From NCBI RefSeq assembly GCF_009834535.1, contig NC_045696.1, forward strand, positions 38,504,001 to 38,568,000: 64,000 nt of DNA, given 5' to 3'. A program made the position numbers and the translations under genes. Shown here in pieces: positions 51,301-64,000 of this stretch. This stretch comes from Camelus ferus. Taxonomy: Eukaryota. The notes below the pieces were generated by a model. That model saw only the letters and a program-made list of their open reading frames with translations, made no database searches and was not told where the DNA came from. Every line of letters begins with the position of its first letter. The stretch's first letter is position 1.

Positions 51301-52879
51301 TATATTTTTTCTACTTTAAGGGAAAATTTATTTTGGGAACTTTTTTTCTCTTAATAAATTGACAAATCACATATAGGTTTCCTTGAAACCCAGAATAGCA
51401 ATTATCACTAGACTTTTCTAAGGTTATGCCTAGGTTAGAAAAGAAGTTTTTCATTTAACATATTTCATGAGAAACACATGGCCTTTAGGGAATAGCATTG
51501 TTGAACTGAACCTAGTTAATAATAAATTGCATACCGTTGGTTAATTTATTAGCCACCTGTTTCATTACGACAGTATAATAGTAAAGTTAGGATTCCATTA
51601 TTTGTATGCAATATTTTGCACTCTGAATGTTCAAAGAAATATTTCAAAGCAAATTAAACCTCAGGAGTTGAAACTAAGAATAAACAAACATTCATAACTT
51701 TCAAGAAGATTAGATATGAATTCACTCTTTAATATTTTCCTTTATTATTCCCTTTATCATAATAGCCTTTTATTACAAAAAAAATCTAAAATAAATGGAG
51801 AGAAATCAAACTGAATTCCTCAGATCTTGAAATGGCTTAACACCAATACAAAAACAGTTACTGTAGTACTTCAAGCTTCACTATATCTGTCTGGATGAAA
51901 AAGCACTATGAATTCCAATAATAATTGTAACTTGAATGAAGACAAAAAGTATGTGAGTATCCTGGGTAAAGACAGTAATTTTGTGCATTACTCTTGACTT
52001 TCATATAAGACATTGCTCACACCCCACTTCAGTCACTCCAACAAAGTGTCCCTGCTGTACAGATGATCACTTTCACTTTGCCCCCACCAAATATGAACAC
52101 ACTTCCACACATACGTGGTGGACAGTGGATCAACTTTGGTAAATCAGGGACACGTTTGTGATGGTACATCAGTTAATTGGTAGGAATGTGACTAGAGCTT
52201 TTGATACCTTCCAAATACCAGGAGATATCTAGCCCCAGCCCAGAGTCAGTTTTATTAGATATACTCTGCAGTGAATTTGGGTTAGCTCGGCCAATCCTGG
52301 AGGAGACAGGATTCAGGGCAAGAAGGCACTTGGAACAGTTAAAGTTGGTTTAGAATTGAGGGCTACATGGTAATAGGCTTGAAGCATGACCTTACGCTCT
52401 CAAGGCATGACAAGAGAAAACAAAAACAAAGGAGCAGTGCCATCTGCATATCTTCCCTGGCATTTAGAACTTGTCTCAGTGAGATTCCATCCTGGGAGAG
52501 CCCTGAAATTATGTGTTTCCTTTCATCAGGATCCACTGAAAACTCAGGTGCTTCTTGAAGCCATTCAAAATTAATGCCTGTGAGTTAAACTGTCCTCCCC
52601 AGACTTTGAGATTCTAGTTTCTAGCTTCTGTGTATCCAAATAGCAAGCCTACAACAGCCTCTGGTCTTGGCAGTGACCACTTGTGTATCTTCTTCTGCTA
52701 CTTTTAGATAATCCGATCTTGGCAGAGTATTTTTTTAAAAATAGAAATGACAGATGCTAGCTAGAAAGCAAGTTTTAACTTTAACTATTTTCTATTTTCC
52801 CTAATAATCCCACAACCCAGAAAATTCAGCATGTTGACTAACTAGACATACTTATTATTCTTTTGATTGTTGATTATTT

Positions 52880-53135
52880 AATTTTAGTCAGTTTATTTAA
52901 TTTTACAAACACATAGCATTCACTATGCATCAGACAATGTGCAAAATGGTTTGAAAATATAAATTCATTTATTTCTCACAACAACACTATGAAAGGCTTG
53001 TTATTTTCCTCATATTATAGATAAGGGAACTGAGGCAGAGAAAGAACAAATACCTTGTCTGTCATGATCAAACAACTTGTAAGTCTTGGACCAGGTTTCA
53101 AACACAGGGAGTCTGGCTCCAGAGTCTCTTAACTG
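52880..53135 (-). mobile_element. MIR SINE
   Basis: cactatgcatcagacaatgtgc..tcatttatttctcacaacaacactatga..tatagataagggaactgaggcagaga..gtctggctccagagtc. Confidence 0.75.
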
Positions 53136-54989
53136 TTAGTCATTTTAATCTGTTGTTCTTATCAGGCTACTCATATCTTTCTTCCTGTTAATCTTGACAT
53201 GATCAATCAATATTTATTAAATAAATGAAAGCTCTGATATACATATCTTAGATGACATAATGGTGTGCTTTTAAGACACTGGCAAAAAATTCATTCTGTA
53301 TATTCAATTTTTCACTTATTATGCTATGAACCTGATGTTTGTCGGGTAAAACAGGTCACTCACCTGTGTATTTAGCAATATGACTTCTTGTTTTAACCAT
53401 GTTTCAGTCTATAAGATTGGTACGATATTGTACAAGATTTTTTTTCAGAGATTCAAAGGTATTAATCATTAAACTAATACAGTAACTTCAAAAACTAAAT
53501 ACCAATTATTTAGTAGTATTAAGTATTTCTATCTAGTGAGAAAAAGCAAAACTCTATTAGGAAAATTGCTTATTATACTTAGAAAGTATTTTTATGATGT
53601 AATTCAAACATCTAAGTTATCTATACACTAAAAACAGGTACTAAATTAATTTTTAAATTGCTATTTTGTTGGAAACGTATTCAAGTACTTCTTATGTATT
53701 TAATTATCTTTTTTTATGTCATTATTCCCAAAACTACTTCACTAATTAGATGATAAATTTTAGTATAATTTCAGTAATACTTTTTCTGTATAATCAATGA
53801 ACACTTTTTGACAGAATGAAACTGTTGGGGTAAACATCTAAAAAAATTTTTGATGAACCAACAAATGTTTCCAGTAACCACCTTTGTAATTTAAAAACAA
53901 TACAACAAAACAGAGATGGGCATTTTTAAAAAGTAATTGGCTTAACTGTTTACAGTAGCCATCATAAGACATTGAACTATCAAAGAATAACTTCACACTA
54001 CCCTTTTGAAAACCATGATTTAATCCAAAAAGCCATTAATAAATCTTCAGAAAACAAGCAGGATCATGTAATTTTCCTGGTCAAAAGACTAGTGACTCTT
54101 TTTTTAGGAGAAAGCCAAACTTCTTAATCCCCACCCCGCTCAGCTCTGAAGACTATAAAATCTATCCCACCTTATCTTTTCAATACTGTATCCTATTCCT
54201 TGGAAGTGTTCATGTTGCAAATGTCAGAAAACCCAACTCAAAGAAGTTTATTCACTAAAGAGAATGCTTTCTCACAGTTTGCTAGCAGTCAATAAGTATC
54301 ACGAAAGCTGTTAATAAACGCATGTAACTTGAAAAGGAAAAGCCCTTTCAATTTAGAAAGAGCAAGCCACAACTGACCACCTGATCTCAAATATGATAGA
54401 ATTTATAATAAAACGATTGAAATGTTTGAGAAAGAAGATGCTGAGATGAAAATGAGCTTCGTGAAATATACATGAATCTTGGGTAGTGTGAAGGACCAAT
54501 GTGAGCATTGTTGATTTGTTCCTGTGGAAATTTGAGAGCAGCATGTACAATTTGGTAATCACTGTTGCCCCAAAAATTGACACTCAATTAAAAATAGAAG
54601 CCTGATCACATCAGGTTGGTTATTACTGCTAGTATCAGTAAATTTGAAGTCGCGTATCTCAAAGAAAAGGCTGTGTTGACACGGTCTTCCATCTTAAAAT
54701 TAGTTAAGTCCTCAACAAATACTAATCCTCAACAGATGTATTTTTTTATGTATTCTCTTGCAACTAGATTATAACTATATCTTTTTGGTCCTCCAAAGTG
54801 TCCATGAAGTGTTTTAAACATAAAAATTATTCCAAAAATATTTATTGATTCTTTGTTTCTCCTTGAAATAGCCGAAGTAGCAACTTTCTGTCAGTCTCTC
54901 TCTAAGATCCGTCTGTCTAATCCCAGGATCGTTACAAAAATCTTTTTTCCATGTGTTGCTAACCTTGATATTTTTCTTGTAAAGTGTCT

Positions 54990-54993
<4 letters not shown>

Positions 54994-55037
<44 letters not shown>
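54994..55037. repeat. (AC)22 perfect microsatellite
   Basis: Read directly from the sequence. Confidence 0.97.
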
Positions 55038-55040
<3 letters not shown>

Positions 55041-55554
55041 TATGTCTCTGACTATCCCTTTTCCCCTGGAGACAGGTTGATCAACCTGATGAGTAAACTA
55101 GAAGAAAAGAGAGGTGGTCTCAGGTACATGGCTCCACCTGCCTTTACAACTCTAGTGAGTTGGATGCCTTTGCAAGCCTGGATGCTGAAGTGCCAAAGCT
55201 AGAAAAATATTTCTTCTATTCCTTTTCTCCATGATGAAATATGAAAGTGGTGACAGAATATCATGTCTATTTTCTGAAGATAGGAACTCTAACAACCCAA
55301 AACACTTTTCTCTGGGATAAAGTGGTTAAAATAGATAATTCTAAGCACATCTTCAAATATGTGTTTGAAGTGCTCTCATTATCCTAAGTTCCTCTCCAAT
55401 CTTGGGTGTCTTTCTCAAGCTCTGGCTGTCCTGATTTCTCTGAAGACTTGCCCATGTACAGCCCTTTCTACTCTGAATCATCCCTTGGATGATGCTTTGC
55501 CAAATGAAATAGCTATCTGTTCTGGGTCAGTGATTTGGGGTTTTTTCTTTTAAT

Positions 55555-58500
55555 ATAATACAGATATCAAGTTGCTCCAGCACCATTTAGTGAAAAAAGT
55601 TTCCTTTCCCTTTTTGAATTGTAATGGCAACATCAAAGAAAACTAAATAGTCAAGTGACTAGATTGTATTTGGACTCTCTTTCATTGATTTGTCTTTCCT
55701 TATGTGCATGCCCACACTGACTTTATTACCTTATCTTTATTATAAATTTTGAAATCGTATGGAATGTTTCTATAACCTTTTTTTTTTTTTTTGAGATTGG
55801 CTTCACTAGTCTAGGTCCTTTGTATTTTTATACCTAGTTTAAAATAAGCTTATCAGTTTCTGCAAAATAGAAACATACCTCACTGCAGTTTTGAATGGGA
55901 ATGGGTTGGACCTATAAATCAACTCGGGGAGAATTAACGCCTTAATGATTTTGAGTTGTATTAAACAGAGTTCTTCCTGAGAAACAGGAGTTGGCTCTCT
56001 TGGTTTTGGAGGCTGGGAAGTCCCACAATCTGCTGTCTGCAAGCTGGAGAACCAGAAAATTTCGTGGTATAACTCAGGTTCAAGGTCAAATTTTATTCTG
56101 AGCTTTTATTACATTTTATAAACTTCTATCACCACTCAGTATTTAAATGTTTTCTGATTTCAATTGTGATTTGGGTTTGGTTTTTTTTTTTTTGGCTTAT
56201 GAAATTTTTAGAAGTGGTTGTTTACTTTTAAAATATTAAAGAATTTTTTTGTTATTTCTATTAGTTAAATTCCATTGTGGTCAGATAAAAAATTCTGTAT
56301 GATTGCAATCCTTTTAAATGTGTTGAGGTTTGCTTTATGGTCCACTGAATGTTCCATATACACTGGAAACGTATGTGCATCCTGCACTTGTTTGCTGCAG
56401 TGCTTTATAAATATTGATGAGGTCAAGCTTGTTGCAGATTCTTCATGTCTTCAGTATCTTATTGCTTTTTTCTCTGCTTGTTCTTTCAGTCACTTAGTGA
56501 GGTGAATTCACATCTCCAACTATGATGGTTGTCTGTTTGCTGTTTTAGTTCTGTCAATTTTTGCTTCATGAATTTTGAACTAATGTTATTAGTTACACAC
56601 ATATTTGTGATCACCTATCTTCCTGATGAATCAGCCCTTTTATTATATAGAACTTCCTTGCTTTATTTCTGTTAATTAATAATCTTTAGTCTGCTTTTCT
56701 TTATATAAATATAACCACACAAGCTTCTTTTGATTAATTTGTATATTATTTCTCTTTTCATTCTTCTACTTTTAAACTATCTCCTTACATTTAAAGTGAG
56801 TCACCTACAACTATCAAATGGTTGAGTATTCTATTTTTATGAAGTCTGATAATCTTGGGCTTTCAATGGAGTATTTAAATATATATAATATAACTAGATT
56901 TCATTGGGTTTAAGCCTGCTTTCATACTGTTTGCTGTTTTTGTATTTATTCTTTGTTTCTTTTCAATTCCTGCCTTTTTGGGATTAATCATATTTCTTTT
57001 ATTTTATTTTTATCTCCTTTACTGACATTTGAGATTTCTTTTTATTTTTTAAGTGGTTGCAGAGATTACCAATGATTCATTAACTTACTACAACCCGTGT
57101 TGAAATAATACTATACCACCACACAAGCAATGTAATAATCATTCAGCAGTATAAGTTCTGCCTAGTCCTTGCTTAATTGTTGCCATATATTTTTTACTGT
57201 ATATATTTTATAGACCCTACAGTGAATTGTCGTATTTTATTTTAAATAGTCATTAATTTTTTAAAGAAAAAAAATAATGGTTTTCTTTCCAGAACTCTTG
57301 ACTCTTTCCTAAAGATCTGTGTTTGCATCTGGGAGGATTACTTGCCTTCAGCTTGAGGCACTTCCTTTGACAGTTCTCAGAGTGTGTGATGTTGTTGACA
57401 AACTCAGAATTTTTTCATTTGAAAATGACTTGTTTCATCTTCATTTGAAAGAGATAAATTCTTAGTTACATAATTCCATGTTGGCTTTTTTTTTCCTTTC
57501 AGTACTTTGAGGATACCATTCCTTTATGTCCTACCTTCAACATTTTCTGATGTGAAACCAACCAAATTATTATTGTTTCCCCTGTAGGTGATGGGTTGAC
57601 AGTTTTCAGGATTTTCCCTTCTATTATTAGTTTTCAGCAGTTTGACTAAGATTATGCTTAGGTGTGGGTTTTCTTTATGTTTTCCTGTGTAGGGGTTATG
57701 AAATTTCTTGGATCTATGGCTAAAAACGTTCATAAACTTTGAAAAGTTTTTACTATTATCTCTGATATTTCTTCTGCTCAGTTCTTGCTCTTTTACTTGT
57801 CTTCAGCTACACTTAGAGTAGATGGTATTGTTCCACAGGTCTCAAATGCTGTGCTTCGAATATTGTCATCATCATTGTCATCATCTCTACGATGTGCTGT
57901 GATCCTTCCATGATCCTTCTTTAATTTCAGAAGTCTTTGCTTTCTTGGGTCCAGTCTACTTTCAGATCCAATAAATCTTCATTTTATATAGTATATTTTT
58001 AGTTCTAGCATTTCCATTTGACTCTCTCTCTCTCTCAGTGTTTCCACCTAAATACTTTTTACCCATGTTATCCATTTTCATTCTAAATTTTTTATATATT
58101 TCTAGTGCTCTTTTTAAACATTTGTTTGAAAACATGAATAGCTGGAGTATCTGTGGTGTGCTTGTATTGACTTTTCTCTATTGATTACGAGTCAATTTTT
58201 CCTGCTTTCTCTATCTTGTCATTTTTAATTGTATGCAAAACATCTTGTTTCAAATATATTATTCTTGAATGGACCAATTATTTTCTGTCTGGCAGCCAGT
58301 CTGAGGAGCGAATTCACTGTTCTTTTTAATAATTAAACTAGATAGGGGCCATATTGCATTTTTAGTAAACTTCAGCCCATCTATGATTTCATAAGTTTTG
58401 AAGTGGAATTTCGTATTCCCTCAACAGGACTATGGCATCTGGGGACTGAAAGACTAGGGAATCTCTCTTTGTTTTCCAGTTCTTTTCTCAGCTTCTTACA

Positions 58501-58920
58501 TTGCCACTTGCTCAGCAAAATGTTCCATAGGAAAAGTGACAGGCAAGAAGATCTAGCTTGGTTTATAGGCTCTCCTAAATTTCGTTATAAGCCGTGTCAG
58601 CTCATACGTGGCTGTCAAAATGTGTTTATTTACTCCAGTGGAAAACAAAAAGTTTCTCCGTTGTTGAGAAAAGTTTCTGTCTTTGGCGAACTTATTTCTC
58701 CAGCAGCCATGCAAGCTAGCTAAGTTACCCTGGGGATGGAAATGACCACTGGTTACACTAACCTTGAAAAGGCTTTTTTCCTTTCAGAGATTAGTTTATT
58801 TGGATCTTTTTATACACTGACAAACTTCAGTGACTTTAAATACACATATTGAAAATGTGACTTCATATTTTGTTTTGTCATTGTTACAGTGAGAGTGATC
58901 TTTTCTGACTTTCTATATCT
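55555..58920 (-). mobile_element. Old L1 (L1M/L1ME-like) remnant with ORF2- and ORF1-derived pieces
   Basis: Minus-strand ORF 55839-56042 contains IIKALILPELIYRSNPFPFK (cf. ORF2p IVKMSILPKLIYRFNAIPIK). Minus-strand ORF 57524-57733 contains IILVKLLKT..ITYRG..FTSENVEGR (cf. ORF1p IIVKLLKT..ITYKG..FSSETMEAR). T-rich strand bias. Confidence 0.75.
55957..56085 (-). mobile_element. MLT2-type LTR fragment within the L1 remnant
   Basis: tgtatt..gagttctt..gagaaacag gagttggctc..tggaggctgggaagtcccacaatctgctgtctgcaagctggagaaccagaaaa. Confidence 0.75.
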
Positions 58921-60513
58921 AAGTAAATGGAAATAAAGGATTATCTAAAACTTTACACATGCGTAGTTGCATCACCGTCTCTTCCTTTAGCTTTAATAGT
59001 CATCTTTATGATATTCCAAATATACTGTATATTATATACAGTGGAAACTACCAATTTAATCTATATTTGTGTATGATAATATTCCTTTTTGACACCCATT
59101 AGTTTCCTCTAATGCTCAGTCATTTAAATAACATAACAACAATGAAAATGTAGTGATTGATCTTATTCTATAGTATTGTTTCTCCTTTTATCTAACTAGG
59201 CGTGTACATAGAAGTTATGGAATGTTAGAATTCATAATTTGGAAGGACAATTAGTGGGTCTTGAGTCACTAGAGACTGTAATAAGGTTTGCAACTAATGA
59301 ATTATGCTTTCCAACAGTGGGTCTTTATTTCATGCTGAGGTGTACTGCTTGATTCAGAATATAAGAGCTGAAAATCTGAGGCTCCCCATATGCACTGAAA
59401 ACCTTCATGCTGAATCACAAGCTCAAATATGAGGCAAAAATAACTTATTTTTTATAAGTAAGAGAATAATAAATTCTAAAGTGTTTGTGAAAAGTTGGAG
59501 GGAAGAAATAAATTGAGTAGAAGAAATAAATTAAATAGATATTAAGTAGGTGCTAGGGGTGCAAGGGAAAACAGAAGTTAACTTAGAAGATGGTCAAAAC
59601 TAGGTGGTGGTGGAAGTTGATGTGACAAGTTTGAAACCCTAAATCAAACTTACTGACATGCACTGGTGACCAATACCACATACACAAAAAAAATATTCTT
59701 TAAGTCTTTATCACTAGTTGCTTCTTCATAAGAGCTGTTTCATTGTATGCTCAAAGAAAATTATCCCATATATCCAAAGCATCCTATAGTGACTAAAATA
59801 ATTACTTCAAAAATCAGAGTACTTTTGAATTCTGGTTGCATGTCTACATTGTAGAAATAGATAAGTCAGTATGAATCACATTGATTTTACTCCTCCAAGG
59901 AGGGAAGAGTTCTCTGTGTAGGAGCTTGCAGATACAAAGAATTAACTACAATTCTAATGATCTTTCATAGATGTTGTGAATGAAACCTGTAGATTCAGAC
60001 TTTTTTACAAAATAATATATGTTGCCATCTAAGCAACTGACACCATGATATAGCAAACTGTTCCCTTTCCGCTTCGTTTTTTGCCTATCATCAAAGTTGC
60101 ACAATACAAAGGGGTTGCACAATACAAAGTTTATGTAAACAAAATAAGGAATAGAAAAAAATGCACAACTACATGCCTATTGAATTTATTAATTTCATGG
60201 CAAACAGTCAGTGCATTATAATATTAGAGAAACTACATACTAAATTTCTTGCCCCTCCCAAATGAGATGGCTTTTCTATATCTTCACTGGTCTCTGTAAA
60301 AGAATTTTAAACAATAAGTGTCTTCCACTCTGTCCAAAAACTTATATGAAGAGAAGGAGTAATACAAAGGGAAGAATTAGAATCAAAGGTGGAATATAGG
60401 AGATACATAGCTTAGAGATCATATAATGAATTTTATATGAGTATAATATTTCTTAAAAGTGGCTTTGAAAACCAGGGAAGAGGATAACATTAGCCAAGTT
60501 TTATTACTGGTAT

Positions 60514-60764
60514 AACTTTATATGCACAGGGGGATTAGAGCATTAAAAAAAAGCTTTAGCAAATATCATGTCCTTTAATCTTTTAACAACCATATGAAAT
60601 GTTTGTTGTTCTCATTTCACAGATGAGAAAACTAAACTTTCTATGCATAAGGGGTTTAGAGCATTAAAGACAAAAAAAAAAACTTTAGCAAATATTATGT
60701 CCTTTAATCTTTTAACAACCCTATGAGATGTTTATTGTTCCCATTTCACAGTTGAGAAAACTAA
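60514..60764. repeat. Two-copy tandem duplication (~120-130 bp unit) including part of a minus-strand MIR
   Basis: Units 60514-60634 and 60635-60764 align end to end with about 11 substitutions plus an A-tract length change; the MIR continues after the second copy to ~60840. Confidence 0.92.
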
Positions 60765-61814
60765 GGTTCACACTGAAAAGTGCCAGGGCCAGTTTTGAAG
60801 CCGGGGTTCCTATTTCATGTCCTATGTTCTTTCCACCATCATTTTTATCTTTCTATAAGTCTGTATAAAATTTTAAGTTATAACATAATCGTAATGCTAT
60901 TTCATGTAATTCAGAACTATTAGAACTGGTTCTACATTAAGAATGCTTATAAAAATTTTCTTGCTTAAATATATAGCTAATTGGTTATATATAATATATA
61001 ATTAATGATTTTCAAACATCTTTTAGAATTTTATGTTTTATAATTGCTTTAAAAATGATTTAGTATTACAATGAATGACTAAGTTCCATTGAATACACTT
61101 CCCTCCAGATACAGAAAAAATATTTTTTAAACTAGCTAGCTGTTTTACATAAACCAAAACAGACAGATGAAAAATTACCTAATAATTGAGCCAAAATCAC
61201 GAGAGGTTTGCTGAATTTAAAAAATCAGTACTGACAACTGACAAGTTTTATTTTCTAACATTAAACAAGTGTAAAATACAAATACCTTATGATCAGATGT
61301 ACTCATATGCATTGCATTGTGCACTCCCCCAGGAACACCAATCCAGGGGGAATAAATAATAAGTGTTCTAACCAGAAGGAAAAGACTCACAAATAAGGCA
61401 TCTTTTCAGAGGTTTCTGCATTTTCTAAAATGTTGTATGTCATGTATTTTGATAGTCCCCTTAAGAGTGTAGTATTATAATCCAAACCTTGATGCTATTA
61501 AATATATTTTGTCATTCAGATTCAGGCGTCTAGATATTGGAATGGCCTAGTAAATTTATCTACTTATCTTTAGCTTCATATTTCTTTACCCATATGAGAA
61601 TTATTCACATTTTTAAGCTAAAATGCCAATTGTACTATGAAATCTTTTTTTTTCTAGTTTTATTTCATAAGTAGTATTAAGAATTGGAGAAAGATAGGAG
61701 AAATGGGAATACCACAAATGCTTTGGGAGGTTTTCAGTAAGGCTTTAAGTTAATTAAAAATGTTTGTAATCTAGACAAACAGATTCTTGATGGATGCCAA
61801 AAGACAGGAATAGC

Positions 61815-61950
61815 TCAGATGCTATATGTTCTTATTTAGCTGTGTGATCCTGGAAAATAAGAATAAACATGCCAGCCCTCAGCTGTTTTATCTATAAAGT
61901 GAAAGAGATATATATACTAGGTAAACTCTAAAAAGACTATGTTCACCTCT
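61815..61950 (+). mobile_element. MIR/MIR3 fragment
   Basis: cttatttagctgtgtgatcctggaaaata..ccctcagctgttttatctataaagtgaaagagat..actaggtaaactctaa..cctctagatactat. Confidence 0.55.
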
Positions 61951-62084
61951 AGATACTATTTGACTTATTAATATATTTTAAGTAATTCAATATAATATGA
62001 AATTATAATACCTAAAACAACATTGCATCACATATATGTTGTAAACTCAAATGGTACCTCAGGTTGCCCTCTTAGGACAGATAA

Positions 62085-62110
62085 AAAAGAAAAGAAAAGA
62101 AAAGAAAAAG
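62085..62110. repeat. (AAAAG)n pentanucleotide repeat
   Basis: Read directly from the sequence. Confidence 0.85.
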
Positions 62111-64000
62111 TGATCAAAGAAAGGCCACTGTGGTACTGTCACTCTCATTATGATTTTCTGAAAGGTTAATTTATCTTCCCAAAAGATCAACAAAATCCTT
62201 GATGTCACGTATAGAACTCCTGGAGATGATCATATTTACAGCACTCTCCATCCACACAGTTCTTGTAAAAGTTCAATTATAAAGAAACAGTAAGACCTAC
62301 AAGTCAGTTCTGTTTTGCCCACCTGTGTAACCTAAACACATAGATATTTTAACATACTATGAAAGAATGTATTTGCTTTTAATTCTATGATGAAAGCTAC
62401 TTCAATACTCATTAAAATTATAGTTATTGTGATAATGAAGTAACAAAATTTTCCTGAAAGTTATTTTATAGTTATTTTTTTTCCATTTACTTTTCTTAGA
62501 TACACCCCTTGGATTTAACTGATAACTAGATTACTATTCAACCTTTTAACTTTGTGCTCCTTTTTTATACTTATCATTATACATGAATGGTTTTTTAAAA
62601 TAATTTATGCCCCCATGAAACAAAATTCTGTAATAATCCAGATTATCCCTAATGCGCAGTGTCTGAAATTCATCCACAAACTCCTTCAGGACAAATGGAA
62701 GCAGGTGGTGATTGGGGACAATGAGATAATTGGGTGCAGAAACCTCTAGGTCTGTGATGATTACTAGAGGTCCATGGAGATAAAGCCTCCAGTGCAAGAG
62801 GAGGAAAGGAATGACAAGATGGATACAACACAATACAGAACCCAAGAAGCCATACACATGGAAGCTGGAAAGAACTGTTGGTTATAATCCAAGTGGACAG
62901 GTGATCAGCAGATCGTGTTTGGTTTGCCAGCGAAGAGACTCAAATGCAAGACTTGTAGAAAATTGTTCTGAAGATGATCTACTCTTGTATGCAAAGAACC
63001 CAAGAGCCAGATTTCCAAGTCTCAGTTTATAGATACATAATTTAGAGTTTAGAATCATCAGATGCTAAGATCTGCTTTGGGAAAATACATAAACCAATGG
63101 AGAAATTACAGGTTCCAACTGAAGTACAACAATGCCATTGTGGGACATTGTAATGTTAAAGTTCATAATAGTTTTAAAACTCAAAATATAAAGAGAATAA
63201 ATACAGGAGGACAGGGGCAAGGAATTGAAACGGTCCTGACAATCTAATCAGAAGGTATTATTCACTGTGAATTTCATATCACTGTCACCACTTCTTGACT
63301 GTATTCTGGCTTCTCTTCTCAGGCAACTTATTGTTAAGATGTCTTATAATTGCTATCTTGCAAACATAATAAATATGTTTTAGTTCCTAGCTTACTTTAT
63401 CATACTGCGTGAAATAACAAATTATGTTGCAGCCTGATAGGAATGATATAAAAAGCAGAGTCTGGATTTCTCACGTCCTCCTTAATAACCTGAGTTTATT
63501 CAGTATTTCTTAATTGGATTGATGACCAAGGATGTGAGGTGTCTATGGTATTATATAAATATCACAGTCAACAGATGGCTTTGATTAAAGTTATCCAACA
63601 AAACCGACTTTCTATAAAAATTTGATAAACTATCACTAAATGTTTTAATAACTGAAGTGATTTCTTTCAAGTAAGCAAATGAAGTGAGTCCTTCTATTTA
63701 TATAAGCTCTTTGCGGTAGTTATTTATATGTAAAAAATGAGCAATTTTCCAATAATTGAATTTGTTTTTCTAAAATAAGAAATAGGAAAAGGATATTAAT
63801 AAGTTATATGACTTCATACTGGCCAAACTAAATGATCAAAAGTTGATATTAGTCTATTCCTTTATATTTAGAAGAAGTTATTTTACAATATCAGTTGTAC
63901 TTTTATCATTACAGAGATGTCTTCATGTATAATTTTTCCAACGTTTTGCTTCAGTTTAAAACCACTCATCTAGTTGCATTCTCTGTGAAAAAATGAGACT

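Larger units (their letters stand above)
17185..64000 (+). other. EPHA6: 5' part of a very long EPHA6 intron, continuing beyond the window
   Basis: No exon for the second FN3 repeat is recognisable in the remaining 46.8 kb, which is repeat-rich non-coding sequence. Confidence 0.8.

Noticed and set aside
9911..60129. CRISPR-like or other array from the short direct repeats
   Set aside because: Each repeat occurs only twice, they are unrelated to one another, and the sequence is mammalian.
1..64000. CpG-island promoter, nested gene, numt or viral coding insertion
   Set aside because: None recognisable by eye: CpG is depleted throughout and no long ORF or mitochondrial/viral peptide was seen. 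A homology search would be needed to exclude short degraded fragments.

Overview
AT-rich, CpG-poor mammalian intronic DNA from inside a + strand Eph receptor tyrosine kinase gene, recognised as EPHA6. Two coding exons are present: 2203-2358 (156 nt, Cys-rich/EGF-like module) and 16849-17184 (336 nt, first fibronectin type III repeat). They are joined in frame across a 14.5-kb GT-AG intron and followed by more than 46 kb of intron in which I see no further exon. A Vic-1-like tRNA-derived SINE and lineage-specific L1 3' ends point to a camelid genome. The rest is ancient eutherian repeats (L2, MIR, L1M, MLT1/MLT2/LTR41-like, MER45, MER58A, MER94) and microsatellites; almost every ORF in the supplied track is spurious. 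I find no evidence of a novel multi-gene system. The most notable items are: (1) a tailless retrocopy of the 5' half of tRNA-Lys(CTT) that ends in the anticodon loop, with a perfect TSD at an L1 endonuclease-like site; (2) a 60-codon in-frame read-through of the FN3 exon encoding a TM-like hydrophobic tail followed by AATAAA, a candidate truncated EphA6; (3) two 5'-inverted (twin-primed) L1 insertions; (4) several TSD-sized 'empty' duplications and a ~120-bp tandem duplication. Repeat names and boundaries were assigned by eye from remembered consensus sequences and are approximate.
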